Source: an uncultured delta proteobacterium
GTDB taxonomy: Bacteria > Desulfobacterota > Binatia > UBA9968
Length of the DNA stretch: 64,000 nucleotides
Direction: 5' to 3'
Assembly (NCBI GenBank): GCA_963816145.1
Contig: CAWFJP010000003.1
Location: 480,001-544,000, forward strand
Position 1 is the stretch's first letter. Each line of letters starts with the position of its first letter. Made by a program: the position numbers and the translations under genes. Positions 32,401 to 43,098 of this stretch are shown here, piece after piece. The notes under the pieces are model-generated. The model searched no databases. It was given only the letters and a program-made list of their open reading frames with translations, and was not told where the DNA came from.

Positions 32401-33561
32401 ATGGATTTCAACCTGACAATCGAACAGCAGCAAATCCGTGAAGAAATTAAAAAAGTCTGCAAAGAATTCCCCGATGCCTACTGGCGCAAGGTCGACAGCG
32501 AGAAAGCCTACCCCGACGCCTTCGTGAAAAAACTCGGCGATCACGGCTGGCTCGCGGCGCTCATTCCAGAAGAATATGGCGGCACAGGGCTGGGAATCAC
32601 CGAAGCGAGCATCATCTTGGAAGAGATCAACCACTCAGGCGGCGTCGCCACCGCCTGCCATGCCCAGATGTACACCATGGGAACTCTCTTGCGCCACGGC
32701 AACGCCGAGCAGAAGAAACGCTACTTGCCCAAGATCGCCACCGGCGAGCTGCGCCTGCAGGCCTTCGGCGTCACCGAGCCCAATGCCGGCTCGGAATCGA
32801 CGAGGATTCAAACCGGCGCGGTTAAGAAAGGCGACCGCTATCTGATCAACGGGCAAAAGATTTTCATCTCGCGGGTCTTGCAGTCCGACCTCATGCTGCT
32901 GCTCGCCAGAACCACGCCCTATGACGAATTGACGGATAAAACCCGCGGCCTATCGGTCTTCATCGTCGACTTGAAAGCCAATCAAGGAAAACTTGAAGTG
33001 AAGCCGCTGGACTTGATGATCAACCACCACACCAACGCGCTGTTTTTCGACAATGTTGAAGTGCCGGTTGAAAATCTCATCGGCGAGGAAGGCATGGGCT
33101 TTCGCTATATCATCGATGGCTGGAACGCTGAGCGAATCCTCGTCGCCGCCGAAGCGATCGGCGACGGCCGCTGGTTCGTCGAGCGGGCGGCCAAGTATGC
33201 GAGCGAACGCATCGTCTTCGGCAAGCCCATCGGCTCCAATCAAGGCATTCAGTTTCCCATCGCCAAGGCTTACGCCAATATCGAAGCCGCGGATTTAGTC
33301 CGCTACCAAGCCGCGACCAGGTTCGACCGCAAAGAAAAATGCGGCGCCGAAGCGAACCTGGCCAAGTACCTTGCTTCGGAGGCTGCTTGGGAAGCCGCCA
33401 ATGCCTGCTTGACCACTCATGGCGGATACGGCTTTGCCGCGGAATACGATGTTGAAAGGAAATTTCGCGAAACGCGACTGCTCACTGTCGCGCCCGTGAG
33501 TAACAACCTCGTGCTCGCCTATCTAGGACAGCATGTGTTGGGTATGCCGAAGTCTTATTAA
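32401..33561 (+). CDS. Acyl-CoA dehydrogenase
   Basis: IPEEYGG, AFGVTEPNAG, NGQKIFISR, HGGYGFAAEYDVERKFRE motifs. Confidence 0.9.
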   Translation: MDFNLTIEQQQIREEIKKVCKEFPDAYWRKVDSEKAYPDAFVKKLGDHGWLAALIPEEYGGTGLGITEASIILEEINHSGGVATACHAQMYTMGTLLRHGNAEQKKRYLPKIATGELRLQAFGVTEPNAGSESTRIQTGAVKKGDRYLINGQKIFISRVLQSDLMLLLARTTPYDELTDKTRGLSVFIVDLKANQGKLEVKPLDLMINHHTNALFFDNVEVPVENLIGEEGMGFRYIIDGWNAERILVAAEAIGDGRWFVERAAKYASERIVFGKPIGSNQGIQFPIAKAYANIEAADLVRYQAATRFDRKEKCGAEANLAKYLASEAAWEAANACLTTHGGYGFAAEYDVERKFRETRLLTVAPVSNNLVLAYLGQHVLGMPKSY

Positions 33562-33614
33562 ATCAGTCTTGCGATTGGAGTGTAATATTTTAGTCGGAAC
33601 TGAGAACCCTAAAC

Positions 33615-34817
33615 TTATACTGCCAAACTCTTTGATTCTACGGAGCTGCTCAAGCGCTTCACTATCAAGACACCGATCAGAAACAGCGCCGTCGACCCCA
33701 ACGAACCGACGACAAACACACTGGCGATACCCGTGGCTTGAGCGATAAAGCCGCCGATCGACGGGCCGAGAATATTGCCCACATCGCCGGCAGCATTGTA
33801 GACACCGGAGGCCAGGCCGCGGCGGACTTTTGTCTCCGGCACGTCCTGCACCAAGCCGACGGCGTTGGCGACGATGACGATGGCGCGCATAAAGCCCGAA
33901 GCGACATAGACGACGATGATCGCGCCAAAGCTCGTAAACAGCGGTACCAGCATCAAGATCATCGATTGCAGCGGTAGGCCGAAATACGACAACCCCTTGT
34001 GCCCGAATTTATTGACCACGTGGCCGCTGATTGGCCTGGTTACCGCATTACAGCCCGCGTAGGCGGCCCGAATAATGCCGATTTGGGTTAAGCTCATCCC
34101 CACCGCCAGGCCGTAGAGGGAGATAAACACACCGCCCATTTGATGCAGCAGATTCAAAAACAGCGCGACCAATACTACGGTCGCCAACTCGGGCTCGAGC
34201 AGCGCGCGCGCCGATTCTCGCACCGTAAGTCTGCCAACTTCTTTGGCTTTACCCGGTACTGGCGCATCGCTGCTCGGACCATGCAAAAACCATAAGAGCG
34301 CCACAGCGACGAAGGACAGCAGCGCGCCCAATTGAAACGTCCAGGAGTAGCCCCAGTGGTCGGCAATCAGCCCGCCGAAAAAATTTCCCGTCGAGTAACC
34401 CATCGCCAGGCAGCCGACGTAGTAACCGATGGCATGATTGCGGTTCTCATCCGGCGCCAACGAATCGACGTAGAACGCCATGTACAGGGTCGTCACGGCG
34501 CTGTAAGCAAACCCGTTGAGACAATGGACGAGGGCGAAGGACAAGCTGCTCGCGGCAAAACTATAGCAATAGTTGGTCAGCCCCATCGCCAGGATCGCAA
34601 GCGACAAAAGCGAGCGCGCGTGGCTGCGGCTGTAGAGCATGCCGATGGGCAGACGAGCCATGAGTGCGAAGATCGGCCCGAGCGAAATCAAGCTACCGAT
34701 CAATGCCACCGGAATGCGCATGTGGTCGAGATAAGGCGGAATGACAGTCGATGCCGAGTTGCTCTGGATCGTCACAGCGATGATGGGCACCAGAAGTTTG
34801 GCGGTGCTAAGTTTCAT
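33615..34817 (-). CDS. MFS transporter
   Basis: About 12 hydrophobic segments in 6+6 layout; GGLIADHWG motif. Confidence 0.8.
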   Translation of the reverse strand: MKLSTAKLLVPIIAVTIQSNSASTVIPPYLDHMRIPVALIGSLISLGPIFALMARLPIGMLYSRSHARSLLSLAILAMGLTNYCYSFAASSLSFALVHCLNGFAYSAVTTLYMAFYVDSLAPDENRNHAIGYYVGCLAMGYSTGNFFGGLIADHWGYSWTFQLGALLSFVAVALLWFLHGPSSDAPVPGKAKEVGRLTVRESARALLEPELATVVLVALFLNLLHQMGGVFISLYGLAVGMSLTQIGIIRAAYAGCNAVTRPISGHVVNKFGHKGLSYFGLPLQSMILMLVPLFTSFGAIIVVYVASGFMRAIVIVANAVGLVQDVPETKVRRGLASGVYNAAGDVGNILGPSIGGFIAQATGIASVFVVGSLGSTALFLIGVLIVKRLSSSVESKSLAV

Positions 34818-34869
34818 AACATTCCAGTTATTCGCCAAAACTTTCTGCTCTTCAACCAATTCTCCGGAA

Positions 34870-34943
34870 AGATTTCTCTCTGCGGTCGAAATGACAATCG
34901 AAAGTAGATCGCCGATTGTCATCTCGAACGAAGTGAGAGATCT
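34870..34943. repeat. REP doublet, family B (arms in the opposite arrangement)
   Basis: AGATTTCTCTCTGCGGTCGAAATGACA-N20-TGTCATCTCGAACGAAGTGAGAGATCT. Confidence 0.75.
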
Positions 34944-35044
34944 CGCCTTCAAAGGGGCGACGAATCGAACCCTCTACTGCCGAACCGAGTCGTTAGACAT
35001 TCGCCGCCCCTTCAGGTAAAAATTTCGGCCAAGGAGATTTTTCG

Positions 35045-35926
35045 ATGGACCTAATCCGCTCGTGGATGTTCGTGCCGGGACATCGGCAAAAAATGATCGA
35101 CAAAGCCCTGGGCCTCAACGCCGACGCGATCATGCTTGATATCGAAGATGGGGTTGCCCCCAATGAAAAGGACTCAGCGCGCAAGAATATCGGCGCATCT
35201 TTGGGCCGCGTCAAAACCGCCGGCTCTCCGGCCCGCTACGTGCGTATCAACGCCATCGGTCACCAGTGGATGGAGGCCGATCTCGCGGCGGTCGTGCGCC
35301 CAGGGCTGGAAGGATTGGTCTGCCCCAAAGTCGACACCGTCGATGATGTGCGGCGAGTCGACGCCCTCCTCAACGGCATGGAAGCCAAGAACCAAATCGC
35401 CAAGGGCAGCGTCCGGCTGCTGATCGCCATCGAGAGCCCCAAAGGGCTATTGAACGCCCCGGCCATCGCGGCGGCCTCGCCGCGCATCGTCGGCATCATT
35501 TTCGGCGCCGAAGACTTTGGCCGCGAGATCGGCCTGCCCGCCGTGCGCGAGGGCGAAGCCCGGGATCTGATCTACGCCCGCTCCGCGATCGTCGTCGCCG
35601 CCGCGGCGGCCCATGTGCAAGCCGTCGACGGCGTGTGGGTCGACCTGAACGACAGCGCCGGATTGCTCGGCTTCGCCAAACAATCGCGCCAGTTGGGCTT
35701 TTCGGCCATGTCGTGCATTCATCCGGCGCAAGTCGACGCGATCAATACCGTCTTCAGTCCGACCGCGGCGGAAATCGACTACTGCCAAAAGGTGCTGCGA
35801 GCGTTTGAAGAAGCCAACGCCCGCGGCGACGGCTCCATCGCTTTCGGCGGCCAGCTGATCGATCGGCCCATTGTCGAACGGGCCCGCCGCACCATCGACA
35901 TGGCCAGGTCGTTGGGGATGATCTAA
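35045..35926 (+). CDS. CitE/HpcH-family CoA-ester lyase (citramalyl-/malyl-CoA lyase-like)
   Basis: RSWMFVPG, LDIEDGV, YVRIN, IESPKG, FGAEDF, IHPAQV motifs. Confidence 0.85.
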   Translation: MDLIRSWMFVPGHRQKMIDKALGLNADAIMLDIEDGVAPNEKDSARKNIGASLGRVKTAGSPARYVRINAIGHQWMEADLAAVVRPGLEGLVCPKVDTVDDVRRVDALLNGMEAKNQIAKGSVRLLIAIESPKGLLNAPAIAAASPRIVGIIFGAEDFGREIGLPAVREGEARDLIYARSAIVVAAAAAHVQAVDGVWVDLNDSAGLLGFAKQSRQLGFSAMSCIHPAQVDAINTVFSPTAAEIDYCQKVLRAFEEANARGDGSIAFGGQLIDRPIVERARRTIDMARSLGMI

Positions 35927-35964
35927 CATAACTGACCGCGCTGACGCCAAGAAGGAATTACTCG

Positions 35965-36897
35965 ATGAAACTGAAGTTGCCCTTGCTATTGCTTGCCGCC
36001 GGCTACTTGACCATGGGCGCCGCCGCCCCGGTGCGCCTAACGCCGGTCAAGATCGCCGACAACGTTTACATGCTGCAGCACTCCGGCGGGTCAGGAAATT
36101 CCACCGTGGTGATCACCAATGACGGCGTGGTGGTGCTCGATTTTGCCATCGACAGCGCCGACCAAACCATGGCCTTCATCCGCAAGACCACCGACAAGAA
36201 GGTGAAGTATCTCATCACCTCCCATAGCGCCGGCGACCATGCCACCGGGTCCATGCACTTTCGCGAAGACAAGCCCATATGGATTGGCACCAAAAATCAG
36301 ATCCACGACTTTCAAATGCAGGAGTTGAAGGATTTTAACGAGCGCAAAAATTCCAATGACCCACGCTATGCCGCCTACAAAAAGGGCGAATTGGGCCAGC
36401 CCGATATCGGCATCGAAGCACCGACGACAATTTATTTGGGTGGGTTGACCCTTCAAATCACCCCCGAAGGGCGCGGCCATAGCACCGGCGACTTGACGGT
36501 TTATATTCCGCAGAAGCGGGTCATGCTCATGGGAGATTTACTCGACACAGAGATCCACCCCGGCCAAGGCGAGTCGGGAGAGATTTTTTACTCCAATGTC
36601 AAAGGCTGGATTCAAATCCTCGATAACATCATGGCGCGCAACCTGCCGGTGGACACCTACGTCCCCGGCCATGGGCCGGCCCATCTCGGCCGCGGCGTGA
36701 AAGACCTGGAAGAACAGAAACGCTACTTTGTCGTGATGCGCGACGAAGTCGCCAAGATGATCGCCGCGGGGAAGAGCCTGGAGCAGATCGAAAAAGAATT
36801 CAAGGTTCCCCAGGAGTTCGCGCACTACACGCGGCCCGAGCGGCTGCGCTCGTTTTACAAACTTTTTTACAACCAACTGATGGAGACCGGCTACTAG
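35965..36897 (+). CDS. Exported MBL-fold metallo-hydrolase
   Basis: Signal peptide; SHSAGDH, GHSTGD, MGDL, VPGHG motifs. Confidence 0.8.
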   Translation: MKLKLPLLLLAAGYLTMGAAAPVRLTPVKIADNVYMLQHSGGSGNSTVVITNDGVVVLDFAIDSADQTMAFIRKTTDKKVKYLITSHSAGDHATGSMHFREDKPIWIGTKNQIHDFQMQELKDFNERKNSNDPRYAAYKKGELGQPDIGIEAPTTIYLGGLTLQITPEGRGHSTGDLTVYIPQKRVMLMGDLLDTEIHPGQGESGEIFYSNVKGWIQILDNIMARNLPVDTYVPGHGPAHLGRGVKDLEEQKRYFVVMRDEVAKMIAAGKSLEQIEKEFKVPQEFAHYTRPERLRSFYKLFYNQLMETGY

Positions 36898-36925
36898 AAC
36901 CAGATTCCAGCCAAGGAGAGCTTCG

Positions 36926-37975
36926 ATGCAGAAATTCGCAGCAGCCTTAATTTTCATTTTATCGAGCGCCAGCGCCGCTTGGTCGCAGCCAAAGATGTCC
37001 ACCGAGCAATTGGCCGCTTATAACAAACCGGACCGCGAAAAAATGCTCTATGCCGGGGCGAAAGCCGAGGGCAAGGTGACCTGGTACACTTCGCTGGCCG
37101 GCGATTCCTACAAGAAACTCGCCGCCGCGTACGAAGCCCGTTATCCCGGCGTCTCGGTGGAATCCTACCGCGCCACGCGCCAGGAAATGAGCGCGCGCAT
37201 CTTGGCCGAGTCCCAGGCACAGCGCTACATCGCCGACACCATGGAGACGACGATCCCGCTGTTGAAGCTATTGAAGGACAACAACTGGCTGGTGCCTTAC
37301 TACTTCTCGACCATTGCCAAATATCCCGACAACGTCAAAGAAAAGGCGTCCAATGGTCTGGTCTACTGGGCCATCGACCGTGAATCCCATATCGGCCTCG
37401 CTTACAATAAAAACTTAATCCCGGCGAAATCGGTGCCGCGCAACTACGAAGGACTCCTGCGGCCGGAGCTGAAGGACAAAATATCTTTTGCCGGCAGCGA
37501 TACCGGCGTCACCGTCACCGGTGCCATGCTCAAATTCAAAGGCGAGGAATATATAAAAAAGCTGCGAGCTTTGAACCCCTCCGTTCATAATGTATCCGGC
37601 CGCGCGTTGCTCGACATGGTGATCTCCGGTGAGGTCGGCGTTTCGCCCACGACGTTCCGTAACCATGTCGAAGTTTCGCTCAAAGCCGGCGCGCCCATCG
37701 AATGGATCCCCATGGATGTTGTACCAGCCAACTCCGGCTCCACCGCCGTATTGGCCAAAGCGCCGCATCCGCACGCCGCCCTGTTGTTAGCCGACTTTAT
37801 TCTCGGCCCAGGCGGACAAAAGGTTCTGGAAGAATATGAGTACGGCAATCCGACCAAGGACTACGGCTTCAAACGCTGGTATCCCGAGCAGGGTATGAGC
37901 GCGGAACAGATCGACAACCTCGAAAGCAAATGGCGCACAATCATGCGCGATTTGACCCGGAGATCTTCGTTCTAG
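36926..37975 (+). CDS. Extracellular solute-binding protein (AfuA-like)
   Basis: Signal peptide; GAKAEGKVTWYTS, AYNKNLI, APHPHAALLLADF motifs. Confidence 0.8.
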   Translation: MQKFAAALIFILSSASAAWSQPKMSTEQLAAYNKPDREKMLYAGAKAEGKVTWYTSLAGDSYKKLAAAYEARYPGVSVESYRATRQEMSARILAESQAQRYIADTMETTIPLLKLLKDNNWLVPYYFSTIAKYPDNVKEKASNGLVYWAIDRESHIGLAYNKNLIPAKSVPRNYEGLLRPELKDKISFAGSDTGVTVTGAMLKFKGEEYIKKLRALNPSVHNVSGRALLDMVISGEVGVSPTTFRNHVEVSLKAGAPIEWIPMDVVPANSGSTAVLAKAPHPHAALLLADFILGPGGQKVLEEYEYGNPTKDYGFKRWYPEQGMSAEQIDNLESKWRTIMRDLTRRSSF

Positions 37976-38002
37976 TTTTTCCAGACTAAGCGAGCTCCTG
38001 CG

Positions 38003-38036
38003 AAAACCAGAGCGTCACACTGACGCTCTGGTTTTT
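38003..38036 (+). terminator. Intrinsic (possibly bidirectional) terminator
   Basis: Perfect stem AAAACCAGAGCGTCA-CAC-TGACGCTCTGGTTTT. Confidence 0.8.
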
Positions 38037-38092
38037 AACTGACCTGCCGGATATATCATTGAACCAAACTTACCTTTCACGGCGAGGTGATC

Positions 38093-39563
38093 ATGAACAC
38101 CGGTTCATATATCGACGGCAAATGGTTCCACCCCAACTCGAATCGCTTGGTGCGCAATATCAACCCCGCCGATCCTGATGAAGTGATCGCCGAGTTTCCC
38201 GCGGCCACCGCTGACGACGTTGCGCGCGCCATCGATCGCGCCCAAGCAGCGTTTCGCGGCTGGCGAAAAACGCCAGGCCCGGAGCGCGGCCGGGTGTTGT
38301 GGCGCGCCGCCGACATCGCCCGTCAACGCGCCGACGAGATCGCCCGCACGCTCACCCGCGAAGAAGGCAAAATTCTCAAAGAAGCCAAGGGCGAAGTGAT
38401 GAAAGGCATCTCGCTGCTGGAATTCTACGCCGGCGAAGGTTTTCGCATGCACGGCATGACGCTACCGTCCGAAGCGCGCGACACCTTTACTTACACGATT
38501 CGCCGTCCGCTCGGCGTCGTCGGTTTGATCGCGCCGTGGAACTTTCCCTGGGCGATCCCGGTTTGGAAATCCGCGCCGGCGTTGGCCGCGGGCAATTGTG
38601 TGATCTTCAAACCCGCTGAGCTGACGCCAGCCACGGCGGCTCTGCTTACCGAGATTTACGCCGAAGCCGGCCTGCCTGTCGGCGTGTTTAACATGATCGT
38701 CGGTTCCGGCTCCGTGGTCGGCGAGGCGATGGTCATTCGCCGGTGCTGCGCGCCATCTCCTTCACAGGTTCGAACGAAGTCGGCGGCGCGCTTTACGCCA
38801 AGGCGGCCCAGCGCGGCGCCAAGGTCACCTGCGAGATGGGCGGCAAGAACGCGGTCATCGTCATGGCCGACGCCGATCTCGACAAAGCGGCCATCGCCAT
38901 CCATGGCGGCGCTTTCGGCTCCACCGGCCAACGCTGCACGGCAACTTCCCGCGTGATCGTGGCGCCGGCCGTCAAAGACGCCTTGGTTGAACGGTTAGTG
39001 GAAGCTGCGAAAAAAATCAAAGTCGGGTCCGGGATTGGACGAGTCGGTCGATATGGGTCCGGCGGTGGACGACAAGCAGTGGAAAACCGATCTCGACTAC
39101 ATCGCTATCGGCCAACAAGAAGGCGCGCGGCTGTTACTCGGCGGCAAAGCGCCAGAAATAGCTTGGCAATGGCTATTTCGTCGAACCGACAATCTTCGAC
39201 AACGTCGCGCCGACAATGCGCATCTTCAAGGAAGAAATCTTCGGCCCGGTGCTGTCGGTGACGACGGCGAACAATCTTGACGAAGCGCTCAGATACGCCA
39301 ACGGCGTGGATTACGGTCTGACAACATCGATATTCACGGAGAACATCGACACGATCATGAACTTCGTCGAGGAAGTAGAAACCGGCATGGTGCACGTCAA
39401 CGAGCCGACCATCGGCGGCGAAGCCCAACTACCCTTTGGTGGCAGCAAAGCGACGGGAGTCGGCGAGCGGGAGATGGCAGTCGAGGGGCTGAACTTTTTC
39501 ACCGAACTCAAAACCGTCTTCATCAACTACTCCGGCAAAGCGGAGAGGTCGATGACCAGATAG
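38093..39563 (+). CDS. Aldehyde dehydrogenase (about 3 frameshifts near 38740, 39035, 39160)
   Basis: PWNFP, FKPAE, FTGS, EMGGKN, GQRCTA, EEIFGPV, PFGG motifs spread over three ORFs. Confidence 0.85.
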
Positions 39564-39667
39564 CGCGTGAACGTCGGCTGAAATGCCACCATGGGGAGAT
39601 AAGGCTTGTTGGCAATCGAGAAAACTTACCGGATATCCGCTCCCAAGCTGTGAACCTGACTCGAATC

Positions 39668-40153
39668 TCACCCTGACCGTGGTGTTCCTATCAACACGAT
39701 CGTGATGAACAGCATGAGCGTAGCAAGGCCAACCATCAGCTTCTTGGATGTACTGAATCTCGTCTTTGGAGAGATAATCGCATTAATAATTGTCACTAGT
39801 AGCCAGACGACTGATGATAAAACGGTAACACACCATACCCATCCGAAGAGCGCGGCAGAATGACCATTAACATTCAGCCGCAATGCCATAATTGCCGTGG
39901 GAAAACCCAAGCTGAAAGGCACTGACAACCACCACCAGGCGTCGGTTCTACTCAGCGTGCCCGTCTTCACCGCAACCCAGAGGGACAATGATAGCCCCAC
40001 GAACGATAGCGGAAATAACAGTAACGCACCTATAGAAATAAATATTGAAAACCCTATGTACTTATCCGCAAAAGAACATGCAACGCTAACAACGCACCAC
40101 GGTAGCAATCGCCGCACCAGCTGAAATTGCTCTTTATCTAACGTCGGAATCAA
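39668..40153 (-). CDS. Low-GC hypothetical membrane protein
   Basis: 161-aa ORF with about 5 TM segments; visibly AT-richer than its flanks; start uncertain. Confidence 0.4.
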   Translation of the reverse strand: MIPTLDKEQFQLVRRLLPWCVVSVACSFADKYIGFSIFISIGALLLFPLSFVGLSLSLWVAVKTGTLSRTDAWWWLSVPFSLGFPTAIMALRLNVNGHSAALFGWVWCVTVLSSVVWLLVTIINAIISPKTRFSTSKKLMVGLATLMLFITIVLIGTPRSG

Positions 40154-40289
40154 CGTGTGATCTAAGTCTTGGCAACCGGCGACAGAGTCTATCTCCGGGG
40201 AAAAACATCGGGTGAGATTAGGAGCGGTTCGGGAGTATTTCTTATTCTCGCAATCAACGACTCGGGCCCAGAGATGGTTGCCTAAATCG

Positions 40290-40660
40290 CTATTTCTCCA
40301 CCGGCGCGGCGCCCTGCCAGTGGCCGACGTCGACGATGATCCCTTCTGGCCCTTTGTATTTATCTTCGTAGTACGCCGTTCCCAGATTCACCGCACCGGC
40401 CTTGGTCGCGCCGGCGGCTTCAAGCAGCCGGAACTGTTCCTGATCGTTGTCGGTGGAAAAACCGATGTGATCGATACCGGCCTGACCGCCCATGCCCGGC
40501 GGCTAGCGGCAGCACTGTGATGTTCACCTGAACCGTCGCTCAAATCGATGGCGTTGTTCTTACGCTTCTGGATCATCGTCATGCCCATGGCGTCGACGAA
40601 AAACTTCGCCATCGCATCGACATCCACTGCCCGGTAAGCGATATGCCGTATCTTAGCCAT
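40290..40660 (-). CDS. VOC/glyoxalase family protein (frameshift near 40500-40530)
   Basis: MAKIRHIA…FF…DLSDG joins GIDHIGF…KGPEGIIVD; RBS AAGGAG. Confidence 0.7.
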
Positions 40661-40737
40661 TGGTTATCTCTCCTTCTTCAGATCCGACGTTGAACTTTGA
40701 ACTTTTGAACCCTTGAACTGAGCGCGCGAAAGCGCGC

Positions 40738-41241
40738 TTATCCGCCGTAAAAAACCTTGTCGCCCAAATCACGCATCGCCAAGATCGCGTCGTCCGGCCG
40801 GCCGCTCGGCGCCACGGCAACGCCGGCATCTTTCACTTCTCCGACAAAGATCGAGTGATCGCCCTTCTCAATGGTATCGACCAGTTCGCATTCGACGAAT
40901 GCCGGCGCCTTTTCCAAGATCGGCGCGCCAAGCGACCCTTTGCGGAACGCTTCGCCGCCGATGGTATTGCCTTCGCGCTCAAGCGGCTTGAAGAAGGTAA
41001 ACGCTTGACCCTTCTGATCTTTGCCCAACATGTTGAGGGCAAACACCTTGGACTCCTTGATAATTGCGTGGGCGCCCGAATCGGCTTTTACACCGACGAC
41101 CACCAGCGGCGGCGCAAATGCAGTCTGGGTCACCCAATTGACTGTCGAAGCGGCCACCTTGCCGTCCTTCCCTTCAGCCGTGAGCACGTAGATTCCATAG
41201 GGAATCATTCGTAACGCAGTTTTTTTCGCATCGGCATCCAT
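40738..41241 (-). CDS. Flavin reductase-like family protein
   Basis: IPYGIYVLT, WVTQTAFAPP, GDHSIFVGEV motifs. Confidence 0.9.
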   Translation of the reverse strand: MDADAKKTALRMIPYGIYVLTAEGKDGKVAASTVNWVTQTAFAPPLVVVGVKADSGAHAIIKESKVFALNMLGKDQKGQAFTFFKPLEREGNTIGGEAFRKGSLGAPILEKAPAFVECELVDTIEKGDHSIFVGEVKDAGVAVAPSGRPDDAILAMRDLGDKVFYGG

Positions 41242-41359
41242 AATCGATAGTTCCTTTCAAATTTGTTTTTGACGTTTCGCGGTCTAAGCGCGAATGCGAA
41301 TCGATTCTATGGGAGCCAATCCAAATGCGCAAGCCGCCGAACTATCGAACTGCCCCATC

Positions 41360-41920
41360 TCACCTGGGCGCCAGGGAGAAGGCGACCGTCGCGAACAGGT
41401 TACCGTTGACCTCGAAACTCCCAACATCGGTCATGCCGAGCCCTGCGACATGGGCGTCGAGTGAATGCTGGTTTGTCCGCGCGATCAGCGCCACGCCGAC
41501 TTCGAAGCTTCCCGCCAGCTCGCGCTTCTGCTCTTGGTATAAGCCACGTAGCAAACCCCGACGCCGGTATGCGCGGTCGATGCACACGGGACCGTATGCG
41601 TAGGAATTATAAGCATCGAGCAGCTTGCCTGCGAAACTCAGGCGATCGTAAGATTCGATCATCTTGGCAACCACCGGCGAACCATGATCGAAGTCATTGC
41701 GGAAGGCACAGAGAAAACCGGCGAGCTGGCCATCGACGATCGCCACGGTCGTGCCGAGATCTTCGGCCATGGCGGCCGTCTGTTCCAACGTGAACACAGC
41801 GGAAAGAAAGCCGTCGCGCCGCTCTTCCTCCGAGAGGTTGGCGATAAAGTTGGCGGCATTGAGACGCACGATGGCGGCATAGTCTTCCGGCCGGGCCCGG
41901 CGAAAGGTCAGGTTACTCAT
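41360..41920 (-). CDS. GNAT-family N-acetyltransferase
   Basis: GPVCIDRAYRRRGLLRGLY (motif A), NQHSLDAH. Confidence 0.75.
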   Translation of the reverse strand: MSNLTFRRARPEDYAAIVRLNAANFIANLSEEERRDGFLSAVFTLEQTAAMAEDLGTTVAIVDGQLAGFLCAFRNDFDHGSPVVAKMIESYDRLSFAGKLLDAYNSYAYGPVCIDRAYRRRGLLRGLYQEQKRELAGSFEVGVALIARTNQHSLDAHVAGLGMTDVGSFEVNGNLFATVAFSLAPR

Positions 41921-42288
41921 GGCGCCGGTTTCGCTTTATCGAGATAGCGCGCAAACTCGTGCTTCTTGTAGCCAAAAAAATTCGCGGAAGTTTGCCGCAC
42001 CAGGGCTCGTTGCCCGGGACGGTAATCCACCGGCAGAGTGGAACCCGCGCGCACGGTTTCACCGCTATCAAGTTTGACGATCAAGTATGAGACCGGTTCG
42101 CTTGGACTTGGATTCCCGGCAAGAGGCATAACGGTGCCGCTGACATCGGTAGAGCGAAAATTGACTTCGATAAGCTGTATCGATCCGAATAGGAGCGCGC
42201 CGCACAAGATAAAAAAGCCCAACTTCCATCCGAGCAACAGCTGCTCGCGCACCAGCAACTTGCTCAAGATCTCGCTGTACCGCCGCAT
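41917..42288 (-). CDS. Hypothetical membrane-anchored protein
   Basis: One TM segment followed by a beta-rich domain; stop overlaps the GNAT start. Confidence 0.45.
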   Translation of the reverse strand: MRRYSEILSKLLVREQLLLGWKLGFFILCGALLFGSIQLIEVNFRSTDVSGTVMPLAGNPSPSEPVSYLIVKLDSGETVRAGSTLPVDYRPGQRALVRQTSANFFGYKKHEFARYLDKAKPAP

Positions 42289-42442
42289 GCAGGACTCCAA
42301 GACTTACACGACACGATGAAACGGGTCGTTACAGTGACAGCCGGCGAACCGAACCGTGTTCAAAGCGATGTCAGAATCAACTCGGCAAAGCAAAAGAGTG
42401 TCGTTTCGCCAACTCTTCATTTTACCTATTCTACCAAGATTC

Positions 42443-42961
42443 TCAGCCAGTCTGCGAGGGGCGAATCCGCCCCCTTCCGCCACCGATAGCGCTCTTGAAC
42501 ATCTCGGCCAAGAAGCCGCCCAGGGCGCCGGCCGGGATCGCGGCAGCGAAGGAAAGGGCCATAAACCATTCCGGGAATTGCGTCTCGGTATCGCCTGAAT
42601 GCATGATGAGTCCGACGAGAATCGATACAACCCCAACCAGCGCCCCATGCTTCATCTCCAAGGTGCCGGCTTTGTAGGCGGCGTAGAAGCCGCCGATCAG
42701 CGTGCCAAGAGAACCCAATAATAGACCGGCCGCCAAGCCCTCGCTCGACACCCAGTACTTCGCCGCTTCCTCTTCGAACGCGGCCGAGGCGCCGGAGCTT
42801 GGCGCGACGTAAAAGCCGTAATAAAAGGCGGCCAAGACAAAACTGGCGATAAAGTCGACAACCGCGCCGGTGAGAATCGGCCGAAATTGGATACCGGTGA
42901 AAAAACCCGTCGGCTCGATGGGTTTGGGCGTCGTACCTGATTGATGGGGATCGTATTGCAT
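42443..42961 (-). CDS. Hypothetical 4-TM membrane protein (TIGR04086-like)
   Basis: GGFYAAYKAG…HGALVG…GALGG pattern. Confidence 0.55.
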   Translation of the reverse strand: MQYDPHQSGTTPKPIEPTGFFTGIQFRPILTGAVVDFIASFVLAAFYYGFYVAPSSGASAAFEEEAAKYWVSSEGLAAGLLLGSLGTLIGGFYAAYKAGTLEMKHGALVGVVSILVGLIMHSGDTETQFPEWFMALSFAAAIPAGALGGFLAEMFKSAIGGGRGRIRPSQTG

Positions 42962-43098
42962 AAAAGTATTTTCTGCTATTGTCGACCTTGGTTACGATAG
43001 TCCGCGTCACGCCTGCTCCAATCGGCGCTGCGTTGACTTAGCTTCGACTATCAGGAAAATAACTGGTCAACGGGGCCAATGGCAACCGATCCGACAAA

